From: an uncultured Gammaproteobacteria bacterium
GTDB taxonomy: Bacteria > Patescibacteriota > Microgenomatia > Levybacterales > UBA12049
Reading direction: 5' to 3'
Assembly: GCA_964391315.1 (NCBI GenBank)
Contig: CAYMJR010000005.1
Coordinates: 1,890 to 65,889 of the forward strand
DNA length: 64,000 nucleotides
Shown one piece after another: positions 37,558 to 47,600 of this stretch (position 1 is the first letter of the stretch; the number at the start of each line of letters is the position of its first letter). Below the pieces are notes generated by a model that did not search any database, had not been told where the DNA came from, and was given only the letters and a program-made list of their open reading frames with translations. The translations under genes were made by a program, and so were the position numbers.

Positions 37558-38670
37558 ATGATTCGCGCGAGAAAGAAAGTAATTTTCTCATCCTATGATG
37601 ATGTGCATAATCCATATTACGGTGGAGGTGGTGCACATGCAGTTACAGAAGTTGCAAAAAGGCTGGCACCCTTTTTTGACGTTACTATTCTCACCGCCAA
37701 TTATCCAGACGCGAAAAATATCCGAGAAGATGGTGTTAGATATAAAAGAGTTGGTCCCTCATTTGTTGGGCCTAAAGTTGGACAACTTATTTTTTCTTTT
37801 TTACTTCCCTGGTATGTCGTACATGAAGAGTATGATGTATGGCTTGAAAGCTTTACTCCCCCATTCTCAAGTTCCTTTCTACCGCTCTTCACAAAAAAGC
37901 CTGTTATCGGTCTTGTTCATATGCTAGCAAGCGAAGATATGGAACGCAGATATAAATTACCTTTTCATCTTATTGAGGATTTAGGACTAAAAACATACAG
38001 ATATTTTCTTGTACTAAGTACCATGTTCAAAAAAAAGATACAAAGAATTAATACACATGCAACAATTTTTGTCATTCCAAATGGTATAGATAAGATTATC
38101 TATAAAAAAAATGAAAAAAAAGAAAAATATCTCTTATTCTTAGGACGAATTGAGTATGATCAAAAGGGTCTTGATCTAGTAATCGAATCATACCGCAAGA
38201 TTGCTGATAAGCTACAAACAAAGTTAGTAATTGCTGGATCAGGATTGCCAAGAGATGTCACCCGGCTAAAACAGCTTATTCATAGCTATCAGCTGCAAGA
38301 TAAAGTGGAGCTTGTTGGTAAGGTTACAGGAAAAGAAAAAGATCGTTTGATAAAAAATGCTATGCTCCTTTTAATTCCTTCACGGTATGAGACATTTTCT
38401 CTCGTGGTGCTTGAAGCAATGGCCTATGGTAAACCAGTTGTTTCTTTTGCAATTGATGGACTAACATGGCTCCCAAAAGATTGTATTTTGCAAGTAGAGC
38501 CGTTTGATGTTGATGCATACGCTCAAGCTATATATCATCTTGCCACGCATAAAAAGTTGCGAAGACAATATATTTCACGCAGTCAAGAAATTGTTCATGA
38601 TTATTCCTGGACGGTTATTTTTAAACAATATAAAGACTTAATCGATCAACTCGTTTCAAATTATGACTGA
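37558..38670 (+). CDS. GT4 glycosyltransferase
   Basis: 370 aa. IFSSYDDVHNPYYGGGGAHAV, LLFLGRIEYDQKGLDL and PSRYETFSLVVLEAMAYGKPVVSF (E-x7-E). Confidence 0.75.
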   Translation: MIRARKKVIFSSYDDVHNPYYGGGGAHAVTEVAKRLAPFFDVTILTANYPDAKNIREDGVRYKRVGPSFVGPKVGQLIFSFLLPWYVVHEEYDVWLESFTPPFSSSFLPLFTKKPVIGLVHMLASEDMERRYKLPFHLIEDLGLKTYRYFLVLSTMFKKKIQRINTHATIFVIPNGIDKIIYKKNEKKEKYLLFLGRIEYDQKGLDLVIESYRKIADKLQTKLVIAGSGLPRDVTRLKQLIHSYQLQDKVELVGKVTGKEKDRLIKNAMLLLIPSRYETFSLVVLEAMAYGKPVVSFAIDGLTWLPKDCILQVEPFDVDAYAQAIYHLATHKKLRRQYISRSQEIVHDYSWTVIFKQYKDLIDQLVSNYD

Positions 38671-39421
38671 CACGACTATACAATCAATTCTGACTGAAAA
38701 AAAACCATGTTATTTTATTTCTCCTCATTTTGATGATGCGATATTTTCTGCTGGTGCATTAATTCAGTATTTATCGAAAGAGACAAACATTACAATTATT
38801 AATGTATTTACTAAAGCAAATACATTGACAACATTGTCAGCAATAATGTATCTACGACAATGCGGTTACACAAATGCTTTACAACTCTTTGCTGACCGTG
38901 AACAAGAAGACAAGCGTGTATTTACGGGAATAGCAAAACACGTCATTAATCTTGGATTTACTGACGCATTATGGCGGGAGAAATATACGAAGTCTTCTTT
39001 CTCGCAGTTTTTTCCTTTCTTCGCTGAATTACAAGTTATCTACCCAACATATAAATTTCATGTTAGCAAAGGAATCATCGCAAAAGAAGATAAACAAACA
39101 CAAACTGCTATTGCAACAAAACTAAGAGAACTTATTGTCGATCCTAATGCAGTTATTTTTTGCCCGTTTGGGTTTGGAAATCATGTCGACCATGTAATAA
39201 CAAGAAAAGCGAGTGAAGATACTTTTCCTCAGCTTATTTATTGGGCAGATTTTCCATATAGCAATGCACTTGAAAAAGACATCCAGGGATTTCGTTCATT
39301 TTCTTTTGATAAAGATTTAGAAAAAAAAGAAGAAGTAATGAGAGAATATGAAACACAGTATCCTGCAGTTTTTAGGAAAGGGTTGATACGAAAACCCGAA
39401 CAATATTTTATAAAAATCTAA
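38663..39421 (+). CDS. PIG-L/LmbE-family N-acetylhexosaminyl deacetylase
   Basis: 252 aa. CYFISPHFDDAIFSAG (P-H-x-D-D zinc motif) and FGNHVDHVIT (HxDH). Overlaps the GT4 gene end by 8 nt. Confidence 0.7.
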   Translation: MTDTTIQSILTEKKPCYFISPHFDDAIFSAGALIQYLSKETNITIINVFTKANTLTTLSAIMYLRQCGYTNALQLFADREQEDKRVFTGIAKHVINLGFTDALWREKYTKSSFSQFFPFFAELQVIYPTYKFHVSKGIIAKEDKQTQTAIATKLRELIVDPNAVIFCPFGFGNHVDHVITRKASEDTFPQLIYWADFPYSNALEKDIQGFRSFSFDKDLEKKEEVMREYETQYPAVFRKGLIRKPEQYFIKI

Positions 39422-39423
39422 CG

Positions 39424-40473
39424 ATGTATCATATAACAATTCATACAACAGTTGAGCCACAACTTTTTGAAGAATGGCAGAGATTATGGGAGCATTCTCC
39501 CCTAGCTCATATGCATAATTCTCCTCAATGGTTTCAGGTATGTCATGATGGTTTGAAACAAAAAGATAGTTTCCTTTTGACGGTTCGGGATGATGAACGT
39601 CTTGTTGTGGTCTTTCCCTTAGTGAAAGAGAAACGGTTTGGAATTAATGCAATATGTAATATTGGAAGACAATACACAGATGTATCAACACTCCTTCTTG
39701 CAGAGGATAAGCAGGAACTCTTGGATTGTGTGATCACAAAATTAATGCAGATGGGTAATTTATATTTAGGCAAATTTACACCAGAAACCACAGCCGCACT
39801 CTGTATGCGCTATCCCCAATTAGCAAAACAATACGCATCGGAAAGCTATTATCTTCCACTTGATCCTGACCCGCTTGCATTTATGAGTGGCAAAAATAGG
39901 AATAAATTAAAAAAGAGACTGAAAGATTATCGCGATCATGTATCTTTTTCCTGTTATTATGACGATCCTGATGGGATCTCGGCTGTCTTTGAGGTTGAGA
40001 AGAAAAGTACAAAAGCAAAAGAGGGAAAGGCAAGTTTTTTGACACCGGGTGAACAATATTTTTTACAAAGTATTACTCAGCATTTCAAAGAGAATTTTCT
40101 TATCGGTGTATTATCTTATAAGGGTATTCCGATAGCATACGGTACAGGTTTTGTGTATAAACATACCTTTCAGGCATTTATTACCGCACACGAGGGCTCG
40201 TATCGTTTTTTATCACCAGGAAAGCTTTTAACCTTCTATCTCTTTGAGGAAGTGAAAAAAAGACAAATAACGCTCTTTGATTTCTCCCGAGGACGAAACG
40301 ACTTCAAGAGGGATTTTACGCCGTTCTTTTATATCAATGAAGATGTCCTTTTTGCCACTAATCCATTGATTCTGCTCTGGTGGCGGTTTTGTCATTGGCT
40401 GTACCATATTGTCTTAGAAAATAAGCTCTTATATGGCTTCTATTTGCTGTTGAAGGGCCTTCTTCGTGGCTAA
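39424..40473 (+). CDS. FemAB/CelD(BcsL)-like GNAT-fold acyltransferase
   Basis: 349 aa with a two-lobed length typical of the FemAB-like Acetyltransf_6 family. N-terminus EWQRLWEHSPLAHMHNSPQWFQV, C-terminus LFDFSRGRNDFKRDF. Starts 2 nt after the deacetylase stop. Confidence 0.5.
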   Translation: MYHITIHTTVEPQLFEEWQRLWEHSPLAHMHNSPQWFQVCHDGLKQKDSFLLTVRDDERLVVVFPLVKEKRFGINAICNIGRQYTDVSTLLLAEDKQELLDCVITKLMQMGNLYLGKFTPETTAALCMRYPQLAKQYASESYYLPLDPDPLAFMSGKNRNKLKKRLKDYRDHVSFSCYYDDPDGISAVFEVEKKSTKAKEGKASFLTPGEQYFLQSITQHFKENFLIGVLSYKGIPIAYGTGFVYKHTFQAFITAHEGSYRFLSPGKLLTFYLFEEVKKRQITLFDFSRGRNDFKRDFTPFFYINEDVLFATNPLILLWWRFCHWLYHIVLENKLLYGFYLLLKGLLRG

Positions 40474-40503
40474 ATTGGTCACTTTCTCACCACCTTATAG
40501 TAC

Positions 40504-40532
40504 TTGACAACCTATAATATATTTGATATAAT
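40504..40532 (+). promoter_or_regulatory. Consensus sigma-70 promoter (TTGACA-N17-TATAAT with TGn)
   Basis: ttgaca at 40504-40509, 17-nt spacer ending in tga, tataat at 40527-40532. Sits 29 nt upstream of the ATG at 40562. Confidence 0.65.
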
Positions 40533-40561
40533 CCCGTAAGATTTAGCTATAAGATTAATTT

Positions 40562-41071
40562 ATGAAAAAACTATCTCTTGCTATTTTATCACTTATTGTC
40601 ATTTTTATGGCTTCTGCAACGCCAGCATTGGCTGTTACAACGCCTGATTTTGGTTCATGTCAAAATCCTCAAATTGCAGCTTCACAAGTTAATTATGGAA
40701 GTTACCATGGTGTTGTTGGTAAAACCCAAACATATTCAGGAAAAGATACTATTTATGAGCTTTCTAATGGAAACGTAACCCAATGTCTTTGTCCAGACAG
40801 TGGTACAGGTATTCAAACCAATTGGTATAAAGTTTCTGGTCTCTCAGAAAATGATATTCATGTCTTAGAGAAACAAGGCTGGACATATGTTGTTACAGGC
40901 TCTTCTTGGGGTCTTGAAGATGTCCCTTATTTGGCAAAAAATATCGATTACACATGTCATGGAGAACAGGTTCTTGCAGCGACAGGAACTGATAAAGCAA
41001 TTTTTGGCCTCATCCTTGCTGGAGTTTTCTCACTCGGTGCAGGATTACTCTTCAAAAAGTTTAGTAAATAA
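40562..41071 (+). CDS. Small Cys-containing surface protein with LAxTG-type sorting signal
   Basis: 169 aa with signal peptide ...ASATPALA. The tail is EQVLAATGTDKAIFGLILAGVFSLGAGLLFKKFSK (LAATG + TM + basic end). Confidence 0.75.
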   Translation: MKKLSLAILSLIVIFMASATPALAVTTPDFGSCQNPQIAASQVNYGSYHGVVGKTQTYSGKDTIYELSNGNVTQCLCPDSGTGIQTNWYKVSGLSENDIHVLEKQGWTYVVTGSSWGLEDVPYLAKNIDYTCHGEQVLAATGTDKAIFGLILAGVFSLGAGLLFKKFSK

Positions 41072-41080
41072 ACTTTGTTT

Positions 41081-41677
41081 ATGAAAATCTTTTCTTATAT
41101 TTTCATCATTTGTGGTATTTTGTGGTGCTTTTTAGGAGGATATTATCTTTGGTTAGAAAATGATCCAAATAGATTGCAGCCTAAAACAGTAGAGGTAAAA
41201 AATATTTCTGTGAAGGCGATAACGAATCCTGACGATACGAAACAAAATGATGGTACGCCGCAAACGATTACTATCGAAGACCTACGGATTAATCTTCCCA
41301 TAATTCCTGCAAAAGTTGTAAATGATACCTGGGAAACAACCTTTTATGGTGCCTCCTACCTGACGTCCTCACCTATTCCTGGCAATAAAGGAAATAGTGT
41401 CATTTATGCACATAACTGGGTAAGTCTTTTTGGTCGGCTGAAACAAGCTAAACCAGGACAACAAATAACTATTGCTTTTTCCAATGGGACAAAAAAAGTG
41501 TTTATTATTAAAAATACAAAAATTGTTGACCAGAACGATTCATCAATTGTTGATCAAACAAAAGACACACGAATTACGCTCTACACCTGTACAGGTTTTT
41601 TTGATCAACAACGGTTTGTTGTCATTGCAACTCCAGAAAGTAACAAACCTTCTTTCGCTGAAATCCAGACTAACTAA
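41081..41677 (+). CDS. Sortase-family transpeptidase
   Basis: About 198 aa. The ATG at 41081 is preferred over the TTG at 41075. N-terminal anchor, then His in VIYAHNW, Cys in ITLYTCTG and Arg in QQRFVVIA. Confidence 0.8.
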   Translation: MKIFSYIFIICGILWCFLGGYYLWLENDPNRLQPKTVEVKNISVKAITNPDDTKQNDGTPQTITIEDLRINLPIIPAKVVNDTWETTFYGASYLTSSPIPGNKGNSVIYAHNWVSLFGRLKQAKPGQQITIAFSNGTKKVFIIKNTKIVDQNDSSIVDQTKDTRITLYTCTGFFDQQRFVVIATPESNKPSFAEIQTN

Positions 41678-43035
41678 TCAGCTCTTTTGCGGTTCTGAAG
41701 GAAGAGATTTACGTTTTCATAAAGAGTAACAAGTCCTGTCATTGTATATATTATTAACGGCATCCCCAACCATTTTGCTAGTTTTCGTTGTTTTTGATGC
41801 TTCTGTAAATAAAAGGCAGCATGTGCCTGATCGCGTGCTATATGTGTAAATGCCGGCGGGTGAAAGATGGATGGAAATGTTTTTGTGAGCAGTGAATCTA
41901 CTTTATTATAAATTGCATGGAAATCAGCTTTTTTGGATCTCCGGTATTGAACAAAACTTTCCTTGGAAAGGTTTGCAAGTGCATCGGTATGTTGTTTACG
42001 TGTTTTTTCAAACTGTTCAAGAATACTTCCCCAATCGTTTCCGTAGCTATCGATCAATGATGCAATAGTTACACAATCACCAAATGCAGCAGAGACGCCT
42101 TGTCCATAAAATGGTAAAAATCCATGAGCTGCGTCACCAAGAATTGCCATAAAGTCTTTATAAGACCATGGTGTGGTATAAATTGTCCCAAGCCATCCTT
42201 CAGGGTTGTCAAGAATAGCTGGGATGATTTCTGGATAGCCATCCAAAAATTCTGGAAATTCTCTCGAAAGGAAATCTTTTACTGCATCTGGATTGGTAAA
42301 TGATGAAAATCCAAATTTGTCTTTCTTTGGCAAAAGTAGCATGCCGCTTAATGATCCGTCACCGTTTGGATAAGCAACGAAGATAGCATCTTTACGTGTC
42401 CACGCATTAGAGAAATCACTTGGTATTTTCATTTTCTCTGCAGCTTCCTTGGGTATGATAATCTGTTTGTAGGTCCATGGCTCAACTTCTTGTATATGTA
42501 TTGTGTGTTGTCCCTGTTGTAAAAAAAGTCTTACTCTTGAATTAACTCCATCAGCTCCAAATACAACGTCACAAGAGGTAGTCTGATATTTTTTTTGTTT
42601 TTGATTAAATACAGTGATTGTTTTTTCTCGTCTATTAACAGCCGTCAATGTTGTATCAAAATGAAAGGTAATGTTTGGTTGTTTTTCTGCATATTGAATA
42701 AGCGCCTTGAGTAAATCGGCACGAGAGACGCAGTAGAAAGGTAATTTTGATCCCAATCGAACAATAATTGGCTTGGTATGAGGTTGGACTTGTGTTACTG
42801 ATCCAATAAGTGGTGTAAAAAGTGATTCTACTACTTCCCACAACCCAGTATCGTGTAGTACCTGAATACCGTATCCATACATAGTAAGTGTGTATGATCT
42901 TTTGGAGGCCTTATTATCAATTTCATCTCGCGAAAACTGTTCATAAACTGTTACCTTCATTCCTTTTTGGGCAAGAAGAATTGCAAGAAAGCTTCCTGCA
43001 AGACCAGCTCCAATAATCGTAATAGATGATTTCAT
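41674..43035 (-). CDS. FAD-dependent aromatic monooxygenase, kynurenine 3-monooxygenase-like, C-terminal TM anchor
   Basis: 453 aa. ITIIGAGLAGSFLAILLAQKG (GxGxxG), GADGVNSRVR (DG motif) and GDAAHGFLPFYGQGVSAAFGDC (GD motif, KMO-like PFxGQG). The C-terminal helix is MPLIIYTMTGLVTLY. Confidence 0.65.
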   Translation of the reverse strand: MKSSITIIGAGLAGSFLAILLAQKGMKVTVYEQFSRDEIDNKASKRSYTLTMYGYGIQVLHDTGLWEVVESLFTPLIGSVTQVQPHTKPIIVRLGSKLPFYCVSRADLLKALIQYAEKQPNITFHFDTTLTAVNRREKTITVFNQKQKKYQTTSCDVVFGADGVNSRVRLFLQQGQHTIHIQEVEPWTYKQIIIPKEAAEKMKIPSDFSNAWTRKDAIFVAYPNGDGSLSGMLLLPKKDKFGFSSFTNPDAVKDFLSREFPEFLDGYPEIIPAILDNPEGWLGTIYTTPWSYKDFMAILGDAAHGFLPFYGQGVSAAFGDCVTIASLIDSYGNDWGSILEQFEKTRKQHTDALANLSKESFVQYRRSKKADFHAIYNKVDSLLTKTFPSIFHPPAFTHIARDQAHAAFYLQKHQKQRKLAKWLGMPLIIYTMTGLVTLYENVNLFLQNRKRAD

Positions 43036-44468
43036 TATTTTTTAGAAAGTTTCTGTATTTTTTCTGCGATACCGATCGTTGCTGTAAGTGCTGCAACGAA
43101 AATTGGTAAGCCATAAAGCACTGCTCGTTTTCGTTGTGTGCTATATGTTTTGAAAAAGTCTTCGGCTCGATTTGGATCATTTGCGACGCGATTAAATAAT
43201 GGTGGCTGAAAGATTTTGGGAAATATTGTATGCAAGGTTGCTTCAAGCCTATCATAAATTGCAACAGGATCAGCTTTTTTATATCGTCTAAACCTTACAA
43301 AACTTTCTTTTGCTAAGTTGGCGATAATATCGGTGTTTTTTTTGCGAAGTGCTTGATACTGTGGAAAGATAGTTTGCCAATCTCCATGATAGGTATCTAC
43401 CAAATTGACGAATTCCATACAATCTCCAAATCCGACAGACATTCCAATGCCATAAAATGGTAAACAGGCATGTGCAGCATCACCAAAAATCGCAATACTA
43501 TCTTTGTAATACCAAGGATCAGTATAGACTGTTACAAAATAGCCAAGAGGGTTTTCGGTGATTTGGCTGCTAATTTGATCAATCACAGGAAGAAAATTTG
43601 GAAACAATGTTTTAAAAAATGTAGTGATACGATCAGGAGAAGCAAGTGACTCAAAACCTTCATCATCATTTTTTGGTAGTATGAGCATACCAGTAAAGGA
43701 GCCATCTCCGTTAGGAAAGGCAATCATTGTTTGTTGTTTGCGTGTCCAAACATGTTGCATATCCGGCAGTAATTGTATAGTTTCAGCCATCTCTTTTGTG
43801 ATAATAATTTGTTTATATTCATAATCCACAAATTCTTGTCGGTGAACGGTTGGTCGTCCTTGCTGGAGAAATGAGCGTGTTAGTGAATTTGCTCCATCAG
43901 TTCCAAGGATTACGGTATAGGGAACGGTTTGAATAGTATTACTATTTGTTTTCTCTACCTGTATAGTTTGCTCATGACGATCAAGTGAGAGAAGATCAGT
44001 AGAAAAATGAATAGTGATCTTTGGATTGGCAAGGGCTTCTTTTATAAGTATGTTAAGGAGCTTTGCACGCTGGATAGCATAATATGGCATATCATTATAA
44101 TCAAAACGGGCAAAGATTGGACGGGTATCTTTTGCAATTTGTGTTACTGATCCTTTGAGATGAATCAAATCTGGCATTACTTTTTCCCAGACATTGATTT
44201 CTTTAAGGCACTGTACACCATAGTTATAAAATGTTAAATTAAATGAACGTTTTGAATTTGTAGTAATAATATCTTCTTTAGATAATCGTTCATAAATGAC
44301 AACGTCGTAACCTCTCTTGGCAAGAAGAATTGCAAGAAAACAACCAGTAAGGCCTGCTCCAATAATTGTTATTGTAGATTTTTTTTCAGCGAACACATCA
44401 ATAGTATAGCATCCTTTCTTAGGTTGGTCATACACAATTCTTCCAAAACGCAAAAATTCCTCTTGCAA
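43035..44468 (-). CDS. FAD-dependent aromatic monooxygenase, kynurenine 3-monooxygenase-like paralog, C-terminal TM anchor
   Basis: 477 aa. ITIIGAGLTGCFLAILLAKRG, GTDGANSLTR and GDAAHACLPFYGIGMSVGFGDC. The C-terminal helix is LPIFVAALTATIGIA. Its stop overlaps the downstream paralog's start by 1 nt. Confidence 0.65.
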   Translation of the reverse strand: MQEEFLRFGRIVYDQPKKGCYTIDVFAEKKSTITIIGAGLTGCFLAILLAKRGYDVVIYERLSKEDIITTNSKRSFNLTFYNYGVQCLKEINVWEKVMPDLIHLKGSVTQIAKDTRPIFARFDYNDMPYYAIQRAKLLNILIKEALANPKITIHFSTDLLSLDRHEQTIQVEKTNSNTIQTVPYTVILGTDGANSLTRSFLQQGRPTVHRQEFVDYEYKQIIITKEMAETIQLLPDMQHVWTRKQQTMIAFPNGDGSFTGMLILPKNDDEGFESLASPDRITTFFKTLFPNFLPVIDQISSQITENPLGYFVTVYTDPWYYKDSIAIFGDAAHACLPFYGIGMSVGFGDCMEFVNLVDTYHGDWQTIFPQYQALRKKNTDIIANLAKESFVRFRRYKKADPVAIYDRLEATLHTIFPKIFQPPLFNRVANDPNRAEDFFKTYSTQRKRAVLYGLPIFVAALTATIGIAEKIQKLSKK

Positions 44469-44623
44469 TACATTGATACAACAGATACATCTATATTTTT
44501 TTCCACATGGGTAACGGATGAAAATAACTTCAACTTATCACTGAGTACATTTTATATACCACTTATCCTCAAGGCTATTTGAACGAATCTTCTATTGTTT
44601 TTACGTAACTTGATCTGAATCCA

Positions 44624-47600
44624 ATGCTAAAAAAAACACATATACAGTCAATGAAAGGTGCAGGTATCGCCTACAAAAAACAACGCTATATCACTCACAC
44701 GACTCTTTCGTATACTTTGTCCGCTTTACGGACATTCTCATGGGGACAAACATTTTTTATCGGGTTTTTGTTTGGTTTTCTTATTGTAGGGTTGCTACTT
44801 ATTCCAATAATAACTGTACAAGTGTTGGCAGGGATTATCAGTATTTTATATTTTGTCGATACAGTCTTTAATTTAGTTTTGACAATCAGAAGTCTTAATA
44901 AACCAAATGAAATTAATATAGCACAAAAAGAACTACAAACAATTTCAGAAGATGAACTTCCTGTTTATACTATTCTTTGTCCGCTATATAAGGAAATACA
45001 TGTTATCCCACAATTTATTGAAGCGATTGCCAAACTCGATTGGCCGAAAGAAAAACTTGAGGTATTACTGCTGCTAGAAGAAGATGATACAGAATCAATT
45101 GAAGAGGTGTCTCGTATGCATCTACCATTTTATTTCCGCACAATTGTCGTTCCTGATTCACTGCCTAAGACCAAACCAAAAGCTTGTAATTATGGATTGT
45201 CTTTTGCCCAAGGTGAGTATCTTGTGATTTATGATGCTGAGGATATGCCTGATCCACTGCAACTTAAGAAAGCGCACCTTGGATTTAAAAATGTTCCTCC
45301 ACATGTTGTTTGTCTGCAGGCAAAACTTAATTATTACAACTCCCGTCAAAATATCTTGACCCGTTTTTTTACTGCAGAGTATTCTCTTTGGTTTGATCTT
45401 ACACTAACAGGTTTGCAGTCTTTTAATTCAACAATTCCTCTTGGCGGGACAAGTAATCATTTTAAGACACAAGTTCTCAGAGACCTGCAGGGTTGGGATC
45501 CATTTAATGTTACTGAAGATGCTGACCTGGGAATACGGCTTTTTAAGAAAGGTTTTCAAACAGCAATTATTGATTCAACAACGTATGAAGAAGCAACAAG
45601 CAAGATAAAAAATTGGATACGTCAGCGCTCGAGATGGATTAAAGGATACATGCAAACATATCTTGTGCATATGAGAGAATGGAAAAATTTCTACAAAGAG
45701 AAAGGAATAACTCATTATATTATTTTTCAATTAAATGTGGGAGGGAAAATACTTTTTCTTCTCTTAAATCCGCTGATGTGGCTTATAACTTTAGGATATT
45801 TCACCGCATATTCATTCTTTGGTCCAGCAATTCAAGTTATTTATCGTCCTCCCATTTCATATATAGCTGTCATTTCATGGGTTTTTGGAAATTTTTTATT
45901 CTTTTATTATTACATGCTCGGATGTGCTAAGCGAAGTCAATGGGATTTAATCAAATACATTTTTATGATTCCATTCTATTGGGCAATGATGAGCACTGCT
46001 TCTGCAATGGCATTGTATCAACTGATTCTCAAACCGCATTATTGGGAGAAAACAGTTCACGGCTTTCATCTTAAACAACCACAAATTCCTCGAAAATCTC
46101 CTCTTTCACCTCAAACAGTACAACCTGTTTCACACTTAGTTATAGAGTCCTCTATTAAGAAATTTCGTTTATCAAATTTTTCACGCTTTAATCTTCCTGT
46201 TTGGAAGTTAAATTTTAAGTCTTTTCTTACATATAGTGAGACATGGTCATTTTGGAATAATTTTTCTAAAAATTTTTTACAATATCTCCCAATAATTTAT
46301 TTACTTACTTTTGATTTTATCGTTGCAACATTCTTTGCTTCGAAAGATCAAGCATATAATTATCTCCTTCTCTCCTTTATTTGTAAGATGACGGTTATTA
46401 TTTCCCAGATTATTGCCTATCTTGCAAATGCATTTTTCTCTAGGCGTAAAAAAATAACGGATAAGTTATCTAATAAAATTTTTACTGTATTTCTTTTTCA
46501 ATGGTCTGCGTTTGTTATTATTGGCGCTGAAGGGGCGATAACAATTCCCCTTTTATTTGGAAATACATTTTCTCAGATTATTCCTTACACTTCTTTTTTC
46601 CTTTTTGGTTGTATGTGTTCTGCAATTTCATATGTGTTTAGTGCACATTATGCAAAAAAGCAAAGCTATTCATTTACTGCTGTTTCTCTTTTTCTCACAT
46701 TTTCATATGGAGTTTTATTTCTTTTGACACAACGTAATTTACAAGAAACAGTAATAACATTTGTTTCAATTGGGATTATTAATCTTATGACGGTGTTGTT
46801 TCTTCATAATAATAAACAGATTGTTTTTATCCTTGATAATAATCTTGATAGTCTTTTGAACTTAGGATTAGATGTATTGAAGAGATCAACGGATAAAAGA
46901 GAGTTACGTATTCTGATTTTTAATTGGCGAGATACTAAACATACCTGGGCTGGAGGAGCAGAAGTTTATATCCATGAATTGGCAAAACGATGGGTAAAAG
47001 ATGGTTCGAAAGTAAGTATTTTTTGTGGCAATGATTGTAAGAGTAAATTTAATGAACAAGTTGAAGATGTTGAAATTATCCGCCGAGGAGGAATATATAC
47101 GGTTTACATATTTGCATTGTTATATTATTTTTTTAAGCTTCGTGGAAACTACGACATCGTTATTGACTGTGAGAATGGTATCCCGTTTTTTACACCATTC
47201 TTTATAAGAAAACCAATTATTCTCTTAGTTCATCATGTTCATCAGGAAGTATTCCGTAATTTTTTACAATTTCCATTTAGACAAATTGCGTCATTTTTTG
47301 AGGGAAAAGTAATGCCATTTATTTATCGAGATAATACTGTTGTTACTGTTTCTGAATCATCGAAAAAAGAAATTCTTAAACTTGGATTTACGAAAGAAGA
47401 AAATATTGAAGTAATTTATAATGGTATTTCTCAAATTTCTCTTCATAATACATCAAAAACGCGTTATCCCTCGTTCGTCTATTTAGGGCGGTTAAAACAA
47501 TATAAAAATATTGATGTTGCAATTAAAGCATTTGCTGTTTTTTTGAAAGATTATCCGTTGGCAAAATTATCAATTGTCGGCGTTGGTGAAAAATGTTCTG

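Larger units (their letters stand above)
29869..40473 (+). repeat. Cassette A of a diverged segmental duplication (7 genes)
   Basis: Same gene order, strand and near-identical protein lengths as 44624-54217. Has one extra gene (36566-37552). The paralogous proteins align by eye along their full length. Confidence 0.9.

Noticed and set aside
41674-44468. Reading the KMO-like pair as evidence of a kynurenine/NAD pathway
   Set aside because: No other pathway gene is present in the window. The family call supports only a group-A flavin monooxygenase, so substrate specificity is left open.
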